From Clostridia bacterium (lineage in GTDB: Bacteria; Bacillota; Clostridia; TANB77; CAG-508), in NCBI GenBank assembly GCA_022793875.1, contig JAAWDR010000026.1:26296-90295 (forward strand): a stretch of 64,000 nucleotides of DNA, in the 5' to 3' direction. Below the pieces are notes generated by a model, which saw only the letters and a list, made by a program, of their open reading frames with translations, did not search any database and was not told where the DNA came from. The translations under genes were made by a program, and so were the position numbers. Of this stretch, positions 39,401 to 47,842 are shown piece after piece (the first letter of the stretch is position 1; the number at the start of each line of letters is the position of its first letter).

Positions 39401-39819
39401 ATTTACCTTATGAAAAGGTTAAATTGACTAAACTATTTACTGGAATTTATACAGATAAAGTTGAATTTGATGTGTATTATAAAACAAATCTATCAGAAGA
39501 GTGGATTTTAATAAAGGAAAATTTAGATTCAACTGTAAATAATTTCATTGATTTTTCAACTATTGAATTAAAAGAAAATGAAGTGATAACAAGTTTCAAA
39601 ATGGAATTTGGAACTGTGCCAGAATACTTTAAAGCAAATACTACACCATTTATATTTACAAAAGTAAATTCAGATATTAAGCCAGATGATGTATGGACTA
39701 ACAATGTTCATTTATATGGAACATATTTAGATGTAAATGTAAAAGATGATTCAGATTGGACTACTAAAACATATAAGAAAGAACTAACAATTAAAAAACT
39801 TCCACGAACTGGAGAATAA
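36445..39819 (+). CDS. Thioester-domain / SpaA-CnaB repeat surface adhesin
   Basis: Signal peptide, AYCLD and TKQAVY (Cys-Gln thioester), repeated G.Y...E..AP..Y modules, terminal LPRTG. Confidence 0.85.
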   Translation: MKKTREKMAIIMIILLLLSSYITPFLNVVNAFSVSNAYIYTVKETEYHLQFWDTKQNAWSYIITNYVGYTGEDGKFYPAYCLDADKHGVGEEAPYTVTVTEAIQNPEVWRVLFHGFPYKTPGELGVANDYDAFCATKQAVYCILYGYDPSTRYNGGDDRGTAIKNAIVTMVTNARNGVGGNYTSPQLAINKIGNLTKEGEYYSQTYSVSSNVPLGNYSVYQISGLPSGSYFANTNGSQQTTFSAGENFKVYIPQKKIVSNISAYIGIDGSCKTYPALYGKAPNSSVQNYALVTDPFENGSADTEIKIAPTGEVIIEKTSTTDNIWNGAISGSLIPNAKYNLYNSNMNLINTYTTNSEGKIHISGLSLGKYYIQETTPTPEFTTLNDEIYSFTLDYMGDSKDVKVTNTPVPGGYFSAIKLSERNNVWTGVKKGQGVSGAKYGIYDKNGNIVKSYETGKELIAVSKEDGTIFDNEKLKLGDYYLQEIEAPKHSKLNDKKYYFKVTENGGHVSVTASDDVEEGGYFNIYKTTNDDNLWTAEVKGSPLANATFKIEYTNFEETKNWTVTTNKDGKIVDSNYSTDDLELKLGTYRVYEIEAPEHYELDNTEYYFRITENEQKIYLELDNTPELGNNIEITKVSSDKNYITGTEKDQPVSGAKYEVRTGYNEGATVTAENFNEGKLVDTLITDEQGNTKVITVGEGSYFIKEVSVPEGWQLDEKIYQIDVISNGVIHKLELEDEPIPQGFMNINKTALQKNYWTNDEPNTPLEGVKFELRDKDDNVLLELETDKNGKFSKDIQLDVGTYYLWEVEAPEYYIMNDKPDIFEITENGQKVTIDITNDVEPAEFVDVSKTPAKDNKITGEKENTFLPNAVYRVENVDTDEFVADLTTTAEGHLEEKLMLGAGNYRIFEIESPTYYLIDSSIYYFTVKENGKEVYFEFKDNPVEVEVNVEKSGIVEAQPNDEIRYDFDAVESLSNVPLDNFTFVDDLPYEKVKLTKLFTGIYTDKVEFDVYYKTNLSEEWILIKENLDSTVNNFIDFSTIELKENEVITSFKMEFGTVPEYFKANTTPFIFTKVNSDIKPDDVWTNNVHLYGTYLDVNVKDDSDWTTKTYKKELTIKKLPRTGE

Positions 39820-39827
39820 TCAAGAAT

Positions 39828-39862
39828 AGGCTAGTTTAGTTAAAACAACTATTCTAGCCTTT
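39828..39862 (+). terminator. Possible terminator hairpin
   Basis: AGGCTAG..TAGTT/AACTA..CTAGCCT. Confidence 0.45.
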
Positions 39863-39929
39863 ATATTATTTAAACAAGAATTTAAAATATTAAATTTTTA
39901 TTTAAGTAATATATGAGGAGTAAAAACAA

Positions 39930-40361
39930 ATGGATATTATAACAAAAGATAGCATAAAGCAATTGTTTAATAAGTTAGAGAAAATAAATAATCAAAAACA
40001 GGAATTTATTTATAATGCAAAAACAAATACTTTTGGATATGCAGATATTAAAGAAATTTATTATAAAGGAAACAGCATTTTTATAGGAATCCAGAAGGAA
40101 ATATTAAAATTCCAAGAATATAGGTTAAATTTAGAAATAGATTTGATAAACAAAGAGAGTAATAATAATGTTCCAGTTAAACAGGAAGATATTGAGTACA
40201 TAAACGAATTAAAAATAAGAGTAGATAAAATAAAGGAATTATCTAGTGATGAATTAGTTGGAATATCAGATGAAGGCGATATACTTGAAAATATAGACTT
40301 ATACAGGAAATTAAGCGAAATATATTCAGAAATTACAGAAGAAAAAACTTTAGAAAATTAA
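39930..40361 (+). CDS. Hypothetical protein
   Basis: 143 aa, GAGGAG RBS. Confidence 0.7.
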   Translation: MDIITKDSIKQLFNKLEKINNQKQEFIYNAKTNTFGYADIKEIYYKGNSIFIGIQKEILKFQEYRLNLEIDLINKESNNNVPVKQEDIEYINELKIRVDKIKELSSDELVGISDEGDILENIDLYRKLSEIYSEITEEKTLEN

Positions 40362-40380
40362 TTTACAAAGGAGAAATATT

Positions 40381-41400
40381 ATGGCTACTACTAAAACAAA
40401 AGAAAAAAAGAAAACTAATAAGAAATCAGCAAAAGAGATTGTGGAAGAGAATAGAAAGAAAATAGTTGATAAATTAATTTCAAATATGGAAAAAGGATAT
40501 ATATTTTCAGAATGGGCGTGGAATAGAAATGCTTTTTTACCTCGAAATGCTGTTACAGGAACACAATATCAGGGAATTAATAGATTGAATTTAAGTTTTG
40601 AAGCAATAGAAAATGGATATGAAGATCCAAGATGGTTGACACTAAAAAAAGCTAATGAAATGGGATATAGGGTTAAATCAGGTACAAAAGGAGTATTTTG
40701 TGAAAAATGGATATGGCAGAAAATGGAGAAAGTAATAGATGAGGAAACAGGAGAAGTAGAAAAGGACGAAAACGGAAAAGATAAATATAAAATGGTGGAA
40801 TTATCAAGACCTATAATAAACTATTTTTATTTATATAATGCTAGTCAAATTGAAGGTATTCCACCATATATAGAACCTAAAAAAGAAGAACAAAGTAATG
40901 TATTAGAGATGGCAGATAGTTTTATTGTTTCATCAGAATGTCCTATCGAAGAAAAATTTCAAGAAAAGGCTTTTTATAGTCCGTTTGACGATAAAATAAC
41001 TTTACCACCTAGAAAATTTTTTAAGTCAGATGAAGCTTTTTTAGGAACATTGCTTCACGAAATGTCGCACTCTACAGGCAATGAAGAAAGATTAAATAGA
41101 GATATTAAGAATCGTTTTGGAACAGAAAAATATGCAATTGAAGAATTGACTGCAGAACTTTCTTGTGTATTTTTGGAAGCAGAATTAGATAAGGATATAG
41201 ATTTTACAAGGCAAGACCATATAAATTATTTTAATTCGTGGATTCAGGTTCTTAAAAATGATCCTAATGAATTATACAAAGTATGTAGTAATGCGAGTAA
41301 AAGTTGTAATAGATTGATGGATAATTACGAAAGAGTTAGAGCTTTTGAAAATACACAAACAAAGCAAAAAGATGAAAATGAGCTAGAAGCAGTAATATAA
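40381..41400 (+). CDS. ardC: ArdC-family antirestriction protein (ssDNA-binding plus zincin-like domain)
   Basis: PRNAVTGTQYQGIN, DPRWLT..A, YNASQIEG, AFYSP..D.I.LP, HEMSHST, YAIEELTAE. Confidence 0.85.
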   Translation: MATTKTKEKKKTNKKSAKEIVEENRKKIVDKLISNMEKGYIFSEWAWNRNAFLPRNAVTGTQYQGINRLNLSFEAIENGYEDPRWLTLKKANEMGYRVKSGTKGVFCEKWIWQKMEKVIDEETGEVEKDENGKDKYKMVELSRPIINYFYLYNASQIEGIPPYIEPKKEEQSNVLEMADSFIVSSECPIEEKFQEKAFYSPFDDKITLPPRKFFKSDEAFLGTLLHEMSHSTGNEERLNRDIKNRFGTEKYAIEELTAELSCVFLEAELDKDIDFTRQDHINYFNSWIQVLKNDPNELYKVCSNASKSCNRLMDNYERVRAFENTQTKQKDENELEAVI

Positions 41401-41419
41401 AGAAAGAGAGAACAATCTT

Positions 41420-42202
41420 ATGGAAGTATACGGAAATATTACAGAAATACCTATTTATAACCAAATAGAAGAAACAAATGAAATTTATTTTTCTGTAAAG
41501 ATAAAAACTATTGAACAAAAAATTATAGATATTGCATTAGCAAGTTCTGTTGATAATGATTATGAAAAATACAAATTAAATAGACCTATATATGCCTTTG
41601 TATCAGAGAAAAATGATAAATTAAAAATAGCAAAAAAAGTAGAGTTTATATCAAAAAGAGATTTAATAGATAAAGCATTATTATATTATAAAAATGAGAA
41701 AATAACATTGGATAATTATATTCAAGTATGTAGAGATAATGCAGATTATGAAAAAAAAAGTGATAATACAGAAGAAAATGAAATTGAATATCAAAAAAAT
41801 GTTATAAGACAAATTAGAAATGATAAAAGATTTGAGTCTAAGGGAGATATTATAAAAGGTTTTTTAGAAGAAGAAATTTATGAAATAATTGGTGGTTTTT
41901 TGAAATCTTTTTTAGAAGAAAATGATATAAATACTGATGTTGTTGATTTTCAAATAATAGGATCAAGAAATAAAGGAACAGCCAAAAAGCGTTCTGACTT
42001 AGATGTTTTAATTGAATATAACAACGATAATTATAGTGAAGATAGTCTATTTAATAGCTTAAATGATGAAACAAATGGATTAAAAATAAATGGAATAGTT
42101 GTTGACTTTAATCCTATTACACCATCAAAATCAGGTACGATAGAAGAATGGTTAGAGAGCAATTATGACTATAATAAGTATGAAGAAGAGTTGGAGGAAT
42201 AA
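41420..42202 (+). CDS. Pol-beta-superfamily nucleotidyltransferase-domain protein
   Basis: GSRNKGTAKKRSDLDVLIEY and VDFNPI motifs. Confidence 0.8.
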   Translation: MEVYGNITEIPIYNQIEETNEIYFSVKIKTIEQKIIDIALASSVDNDYEKYKLNRPIYAFVSEKNDKLKIAKKVEFISKRDLIDKALLYYKNEKITLDNYIQVCRDNADYEKKSDNTEENEIEYQKNVIRQIRNDKRFESKGDIIKGFLEEEIYEIIGGFLKSFLEENDINTDVVDFQIIGSRNKGTAKKRSDLDVLIEYNNDNYSEDSLFNSLNDETNGLKINGIVVDFNPITPSKSGTIEEWLESNYDYNKYEEELEE

Positions 42203-42985
42203 ATGGAAGAAAAAATATTAAATATTGAACTTATAAATAAATTAATAAATAAAGAAGGATTATTTAATGTAGGAGAAAGAGAAGATTTTTTATATAAAAA
42301 TAGTAATCAAAATATTTGGAATCTTACTTTGATAAGAGATGAAGATATATATTCTCCTTTTATATTTGCATTGGAAGGAAGAAAGGTTGGTACAAATGAA
42401 ACTTGGAGTAGAAGATATACAGATATAAAAGAAGCACTTTTACATATAGTAAACGATTTTAATGAAAATGCTAGTATAAAAAATAAATATAGCAATATAG
42501 AAGAATACTTAAATGAAAAAATAAAATTAATATATAAATATGAAGAAAATGACAATTACTATTATGAAGATGAAAATGAAAATTTATATTGTGAAAATGG
42601 AAATCAAAATGTAGGCGAAGTATGTTTAATGTACTGCACAAAAGAGTATGGAGAACCTATATGCAAAGTTGAAAATTTAGAAAAATATGAATTAGTTAAT
42701 AATCCAAAAGATGATCCTAATTATGAAAGAAAAAAAGCTAACCAATATAATTATATGATGTTAGATAGATTAAGAGCTGATTGTGATTACTTTATAGGCA
42801 ATGGAAATGGATTTTTAGGTCATCTTTATTATGAAGATATAGATAAACATATAGAAGAAATGAAAAATATTTATAATTCTTTTTCAGAAAATGAAAAACC
42901 AGAATGGATAAGCTTAGAAGATATAGATAACTACAAAGAAAAAATGAATAAAATGTTAGAAAAAAGTGAGGAAAAAGAAATATGA
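42203..42985 (+). CDS. LPD11-domain protein
   Basis: YMMLDRLRADCDYFIGNG ... EKPEWISLEDI..Y resembles large polyvalent-protein domain 11. Confidence 0.7.
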   Translation: MEEKILNIELINKLINKEGLFNVGEREDFLYKNSNQNIWNLTLIRDEDIYSPFIFALEGRKVGTNETWSRRYTDIKEALLHIVNDFNENASIKNKYSNIEEYLNEKIKLIYKYEENDNYYYEDENENLYCENGNQNVGEVCLMYCTKEYGEPICKVENLEKYELVNNPKDDPNYERKKANQYNYMMLDRLRADCDYFIGNGNGFLGHLYYEDIDKHIEEMKNIYNSFSENEKPEWISLEDIDNYKEKMNKMLEKSEEKEI

Positions 42986-43365
42986 TAAAACAGAATATAA
43001 AGTTTTATGCTGAAAAATTTTTTGAACTCTTAAAAAAAGAATTTGAAAATAATATTAGTTATAGATATAAATTATTATTTTTAAAAAATGAGGAGTATAA
43101 TCAATATTCTGTTTGTCTTGCAATTGATACAAATAATGATGGTAGTAAAAATAAAATTGCTTATTATACATATAAAGACTTTATGAAATTAGAGAAGGAG
43201 AAACAATTAGAATTTGTAGGAAACTTTTATAATGCAGAAATTATAGGAAAAAAAGAAAACGAATTTGGAATTGAAGATGTAAATAAAGATTTTTTACATT
43301 TATGTAATTTTAACTATTTAAGAGATAATAAAGAAATAGAAGATAAGGAGGAAGATAGTTTATGA
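42982..43365 (+). CDS. Hypothetical protein
   Basis: 127 aa, acidic tail. Confidence 0.7.
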   Translation: MIKQNIKFYAEKFFELLKKEFENNISYRYKLLFLKNEEYNQYSVCLAIDTNNDGSKNKIAYYTYKDFMKLEKEKQLEFVGNFYNAEIIGKKENEFGIEDVNKDFLHLCNFNYLRDNKEIEDKEEDSL

Positions 43366-44258
43366 AAAAGAGTAATTACAGAAATGGCAATGAAACTATA
43401 ATAAATTACTATAATAAAATAACTGCTAAATTAGATTCGTATGGATTAGAAAGTTTAAATATAATAAGAACAGAAACTTTATTATTTATTGATAAGGATA
43501 TTGAGCATTTTACAATAGATGTAACTGTACCTAATAAGCTATCTGATATGGACGTAGAAAAATTTTATGAGATTATAGAACAACAAATATTACCAGAATA
43601 TATGAAAGATTTCTATAACACAGTAGATTTTAAAGTTAGATTACTTGATGAGAGTGGTAAATCTCCAAAAATAGAGAGAATATTTAAAAATAAGCAAATG
43701 CAAGAAGATAAATTTTATAAATATGATGGAACTGATATTTTTCCAAAAAAAATAAAGTCATATGATGGATATATTTTTACCAAAGTAAATGATGGAATAT
43801 ATGAGAACGCTTTTTTACCAGTATATATGAATGAAAGAGGAGATTCGTGTGTAATTACAGATATTGAAAAATATGAAGTAGTAGAAAATAGTAGCGAAAA
43901 TACAAAAATTCAAATGCAGGATTATAAATATATAATCAAATGTGATTTAGATAATCATAATCATATATATCAAAACCAATATTTATTAGTAGAAGACTAT
44001 AAAATTCAATCTAATTTAGATGTAGACTTAATAGGCGACTGCTGTTTTAATTGTGATTTTGAAATATTAGATCCAAAATTAGTTGCAAAAGTACAATCAT
44101 TAGATGATGTAAAAAAGTTTTGTGAATCAAATAAAATTGATATAACAAAAAATTTAGATAAAGAAGGTAATTTAATTGTAGGAGCTTCAAAAGATATGAT
44201 TATTGCTAGTGATTTGAACAGATATGATAGAGAACAAGAAATAAAAAAAGAACTGTAA
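43362..44258 (+). CDS. Hypothetical protein
   Basis: 298 aa ORF. Confidence 0.7.
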   Translation: MKKSNYRNGNETIINYYNKITAKLDSYGLESLNIIRTETLLFIDKDIEHFTIDVTVPNKLSDMDVEKFYEIIEQQILPEYMKDFYNTVDFKVRLLDESGKSPKIERIFKNKQMQEDKFYKYDGTDIFPKKIKSYDGYIFTKVNDGIYENAFLPVYMNERGDSCVITDIEKYEVVENSSENTKIQMQDYKYIIKCDLDNHNHIYQNQYLLVEDYKIQSNLDVDLIGDCCFNCDFEILDPKLVAKVQSLDDVKKFCESNKIDITKNLDKEGNLIVGASKDMIIASDLNRYDREQEIKKEL

Positions 44259-44289
44259 ATGAAAGATAGGATAAGGTGGAATAGAAAAT

Positions 44290-45048
44290 ATGAAAAATGA
44301 ATTTAGATTTTATATATATGATTTTTTAATAGGTTCTCATATTTTAACAATAGATACGGAGAAAAATAGAAGTAGGATAGACTGTCTAAATATTTATGGA
44401 CAATGTTACTCGTTTGGAGAAAAATGGGATAAAATAACAAAAGCTACCATAAATAGAGCTTTAAATAGGACTGGTTATTGTTATGATGATTATATTAAAG
44501 AACATTTTACAGATCAAGGAAGAGATTTAGAAAAGAAGATTCTATTTAAGTCAAATGATTATAATGAATGTATAAAATTTATAGCTGATTTTGGAGTAAA
44601 AAATTCAAGCCTTGTAAGTCCAGATAAAAAAGAATCATACAAATTGTATCATAAAAGTTATTTAGATATTCCAGAAAATAAGATTGGCGAAATTTTAGAA
44701 GATGGAACAGTAAAAAAAGAATATTATCAAGAAGGGTATATTTATAAAAGTATTTGTAATTTTTATAGACAAGATGGAATCTGTTATATTTCAGAAGGAC
44801 AAGCAGACAAAATAAACAAGAAAAGCAAACCAGGAGAAGACTATGAAACATATCAAACAATATATGAAAAAGTAAAAGAAGCTTATGAAAAGTCAGGCGT
44901 AGATGAAAAAAAATATAAGCTTAAAGATTTTGTAGCAACTATATTTAATGACTTAAATTGGCAATCTGTTGAAACATTGACAATGGATTCAATTGACGCA
45001 TTAGACAATGAATATTTTTTAGATGAAGAAGAATCAGAAAGTATATAA
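44290..45048 (+). CDS. Hypothetical protein
   Basis: 252 aa, acidic tail. Confidence 0.7.
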   Translation: MKNEFRFYIYDFLIGSHILTIDTEKNRSRIDCLNIYGQCYSFGEKWDKITKATINRALNRTGYCYDDYIKEHFTDQGRDLEKKILFKSNDYNECIKFIADFGVKNSSLVSPDKKESYKLYHKSYLDIPENKIGEILEDGTVKKEYYQEGYIYKSICNFYRQDGICYISEGQADKINKKSKPGEDYETYQTIYEKVKEAYEKSGVDEKKYKLKDFVATIFNDLNWQSVETLTMDSIDALDNEYFLDEEESESI

Positions 45049-45062
45049 AAAGGGAGGATATT

Positions 45063-45284
45063 ATGGAAAAAGAAACTAATGAAAAAAATTTAAAAGAAAG
45101 AATACAAGACTGTTTATTTGTATTGGATTTTGATACGCAAAGAATGAGTACAGGTGGAAGTCAAGCTTATAGAGAATTAAGAAATATAGTTATTGACTTA
45201 TATAACGATAATGTAAAAATGATTGAAAAAGTTAAAAACTATGAATTAGAAAAATCTCAAAATGAGGAGGATAAACAAATATGA
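45063..45284 (+). CDS. Hypothetical protein
   Basis: 73 aa, GGGAGG RBS. Confidence 0.7.
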   Translation: MEKETNEKNLKERIQDCLFVLDFDTQRMSTGGSQAYRELRNIVIDLYNDNVKMIEKVKNYELEKSQNEEDKQI

Positions 45285-46069
45285 GCTACGAAATAGTAAA
45301 AAGCATAGTAATAAAAAAAGATAGAGTTTTTTCACGAATGGATAGTAATAATGTATATCCAAAAGACTTTATAAGTATGGAAAATCCTGGACTAACAAGA
45401 ATTTATAATGAAAAAGGACTAATGGGGTTATATGTTTCTTTAGTAGAAGGTGGCTTAAGTGGATATTTACATTTTCAAAAAGGTGGAAACAAATTAGTTA
45501 AACAGCTTGAACGTATTACTGATAGTCTATTTGAAGATAAACAATACAGAAATATGAAAAATGAAGCTGATAAATTAGAATATAAATTATGGGATTTTAA
45601 AGAAGAAAATGAAGAAAAAAAACAATGTAAGCAAGAATATGATAAATATAGTGAAAAATTACATAACTATGTTGATTTAAAAGTACGAGAGTTTTTTAAT
45701 CCTAAATTAAAAGTACCTGATTCTATAAAAAGAGAACTAGATAATGTATTAGAAATGTATGAAGAAAACTTAGAAAATGATGAAGAAGATATTTTTTCAG
45801 GAACAGAAGAAAGTTATGCAAATGAAATGTTAAATCAAGATATTTTCAATGTTTTAAATAGAGATAATGTAGAAAAAATAATGGCATTAAATAATAATAT
45901 GTTTACTTTATTAAATATAGATTTTAGAAACAAAAGTTATGAGCAAATAGTTGAGCAAATAACAGATAAATTATATGAAAAATTTGTAAATTGTATAAAT
46001 ATTCTTGATGAAATAATAGAAGTCAAAGAAAACGAAAAAGATGAAATTAGTGAAGCTTTGACAGTATAA
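45281..46069 (+). CDS. Hypothetical protein
   Basis: 262 aa, GAGGAGG RBS. Confidence 0.7.
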   Translation: MSYEIVKSIVIKKDRVFSRMDSNNVYPKDFISMENPGLTRIYNEKGLMGLYVSLVEGGLSGYLHFQKGGNKLVKQLERITDSLFEDKQYRNMKNEADKLEYKLWDFKEENEEKKQCKQEYDKYSEKLHNYVDLKVREFFNPKLKVPDSIKRELDNVLEMYEENLENDEEDIFSGTEESYANEMLNQDIFNVLNRDNVEKIMALNNNMFTLLNIDFRNKSYEQIVEQITDKLYEKFVNCINILDEIIEVKENEKDEISEALTV

Positions 46070-46078
46070 TGGAGGTAA

Positions 46079-46603
46079 TTGAAAATTATCACGATACCTA
46101 ATCAGAAAGGAGATTCACAAATGAATATTAAATTTTATAAGCAATTACTAGATGAATTATTAGAAGTAAACCAAATTACCGATATTACAGAGGAACAAAA
46201 AGAAAAATTTTTTGAAAAATATGATCTTTTAACAAAAGACGTTTTTCATTATTATGAATTGACTTTAAATTCTCAAAATCAATCAGGAATTATATTTCTA
46301 AAAGAAAAATATCCTAATAACTTTATTATCTCTGAATTATTGGATTCAAAGATAAAATATATTGATTTAAGAATGAAAGAATATGAAGATAGATATTGGG
46401 GATTATGTGGTGTATTTACAGCATTTTATGGAGTAGATAATAATGATATAAAACAAGAAATTGAAGCAATGACAGATAAGGAAAGAAGAAGTAAGTTTGT
46501 CGAAAAAAATTACAAACAAATAGAAGATTGTGAAGAAAAGTATTTAAAATTGGTTAATGAATATAGGCAAAAACTTTATGAGAAACAAGAAAGTGAAATA
46601 TAG
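46079..46603 (+). CDS. Hypothetical protein
   Basis: 174 aa, acidic tail. Confidence 0.7.
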   Translation: MKIITIPNQKGDSQMNIKFYKQLLDELLEVNQITDITEEQKEKFFEKYDLLTKDVFHYYELTLNSQNQSGIIFLKEKYPNNFIISELLDSKIKYIDLRMKEYEDRYWGLCGVFTAFYGVDNNDIKQEIEAMTDKERRSKFVEKNYKQIEDCEEKYLKLVNEYRQKLYEKQESEI

Positions 46604-46625
46604 CAATAACTATTAGCGAGCATTT

Positions 46626-47054
46626 ATGGCTAACAGATTATTAAAAAATTTGTCGAAAAATAATATACTGTTATTAAATATAAGAAAGGTTGATATTATG
46701 GAAGTAACAGTAAATTATGAGAAAGTAGGTAATAAAATACGAGAAAGAAGAAACTTTTTGAAAATAACGCAGGAAAATTTAGCGAATGATATTAATGTAT
46801 CAGCTTCTTTTATATCAGACATAGAAAATGGCAGAAGAAAAATGAGTTTAGAAACAATAATAAAAATATCTATTGTTTTAAAGACAAGTTTAGATTATTT
46901 TGTATTAGACAATGTTAAAGATGTAAAGATAAAGAATGAAACTAAATTTGAAGAGTTAAAAAATATCTTAGGAACAGTTGATGAAAAAGGAGAAGCTGTA
47001 TTTTTAGATTTTGCAATAAATTCAGCTAAGTTTTTATCAAATAAATATAAATAG
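46626..47054 (+). CDS. XRE-family HTH regulator (start probably 46698)
   Basis: IRERR..LKITQENLA....VSASFISDIENGRR..SLE. Confidence 0.9.
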   Translation: MANRLLKNLSKNNILLLNIRKVDIMEVTVNYEKVGNKIRERRNFLKITQENLANDINVSASFISDIENGRRKMSLETIIKISIVLKTSLDYFVLDNVKDVKIKNETKFEELKNILGTVDEKGEAVFLDFAINSAKFLSNKYK

Positions 47055-47120
47055 ACATAAAATTTTGCAAAAACATTGCAAAATTATGCAGTATACAATA
47101 AGTTTTTTAAGTGTTAATAT
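47055..47120 (+). promoter_or_regulatory. Conserved promoter motif, copy 5
   Basis: ACATAAAATTTTGCAAAAACATTGCAAAATTATGCAGTATAC...TGTTAATAT. Confidence 0.78.
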
Positions 47121-47137
47121 TATATTATGAAGAAATT

Positions 47138-47169
47138 AGAGAAAGGGAAATAATCCTTTTCTCTTTTTT
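47138..47169 (+). terminator. Terminator-like hairpin in the leader downstream of copy 5
   Basis: AGAGAAAGGGA/TCCTTTTCTCT plus T-tract. Confidence 0.55.
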
Positions 47170-47191
47170 ATTAATTTTAGGAGGTAAAAGT

Positions 47192-47812
47192 ATGAGTATT
47201 CAAGTAAAGTCATTAGGGCTAGTAAAAAATGAAGAAATAGAAATAAAGGCAATTGCTTCATTAGAGGTTGAAGGAATGAGAATTGACGGAATAAGGGTTA
47301 ATGAAAGTGAAAATGGTAATTTGTATTTGCAATTTCCAGAAAGAAAATTTAAGAAAAGGTCTACTGATGAATTAATTACAACTAGATTAATGTTTGCAGA
47401 TAATGATGTATTTAAGAAAATTAGCGATACGCTAATTAACGCTTATAAAGAGAAAAAAGAAAAAGGCGAATTTGAAGTTGCTGATATAGAAGTAGATAAT
47501 AAAAAAGGTGTAACTGTAACACAAGCAAATCCTTTAAATGATCAATCAAAAAAGACAAAAGCTATGGTGGGCTTAGAAACTAATGGAATCTATTTGAAAG
47601 ATATTAGATTAAATGAAAGTAATGATGGAAAATTATATTTACAATTTCCTAATCGAAAAACAAAAGATGATGAATATAAAGATATGTTCTATCCTACAAA
47701 TTCTGAATTAAGACAACAATTAACAGAGCAAGCTATAAATATGTATCAAGAAAAGTTAATTGCAAAAGAATTTGATGAATCTGCAAAAGAAACAGAAGAA
47801 AATGAATTATAG
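47192..47812 (+). CDS. Tandem SpoVG-domain nucleic-acid-binding protein (ORF track start 47111)
   Basis: Two repeats of KA...L...G..I..IR.NES..G.LYLQFP.RK; AGGAGG RBS before ATG 47192. Confidence 0.8.
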   Translation: MSIQVKSLGLVKNEEIEIKAIASLEVEGMRIDGIRVNESENGNLYLQFPERKFKKRSTDELITTRLMFADNDVFKKISDTLINAYKEKKEKGEFEVADIEVDNKKGVTVTQANPLNDQSKKTKAMVGLETNGIYLKDIRLNESNDGKLYLQFPNRKTKDDEYKDMFYPTNSELRQQLTEQAINMYQEKLIAKEFDESAKETEENEL

Positions 47813-47842
47813 GATAAATAATAATTTGGAGGAAATTATTAT

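Noticed and set aside
46650-46657. Perfect Spo0A box TGTCGAA upstream of the XRE gene
   Set aside because: A single 7-mer that also fits as the -35 (TTGTCG) of a promoter and occurs inside coding regions too (for example near 46498); not enough to claim regulation.
8722-47120. Five-copy repeat as CRISPR array, iterons or IS ends
   Set aside because: Copies are kilobases apart, all in one orientation, with no spacers, cas genes or transposase, and each ends in a -10 element.
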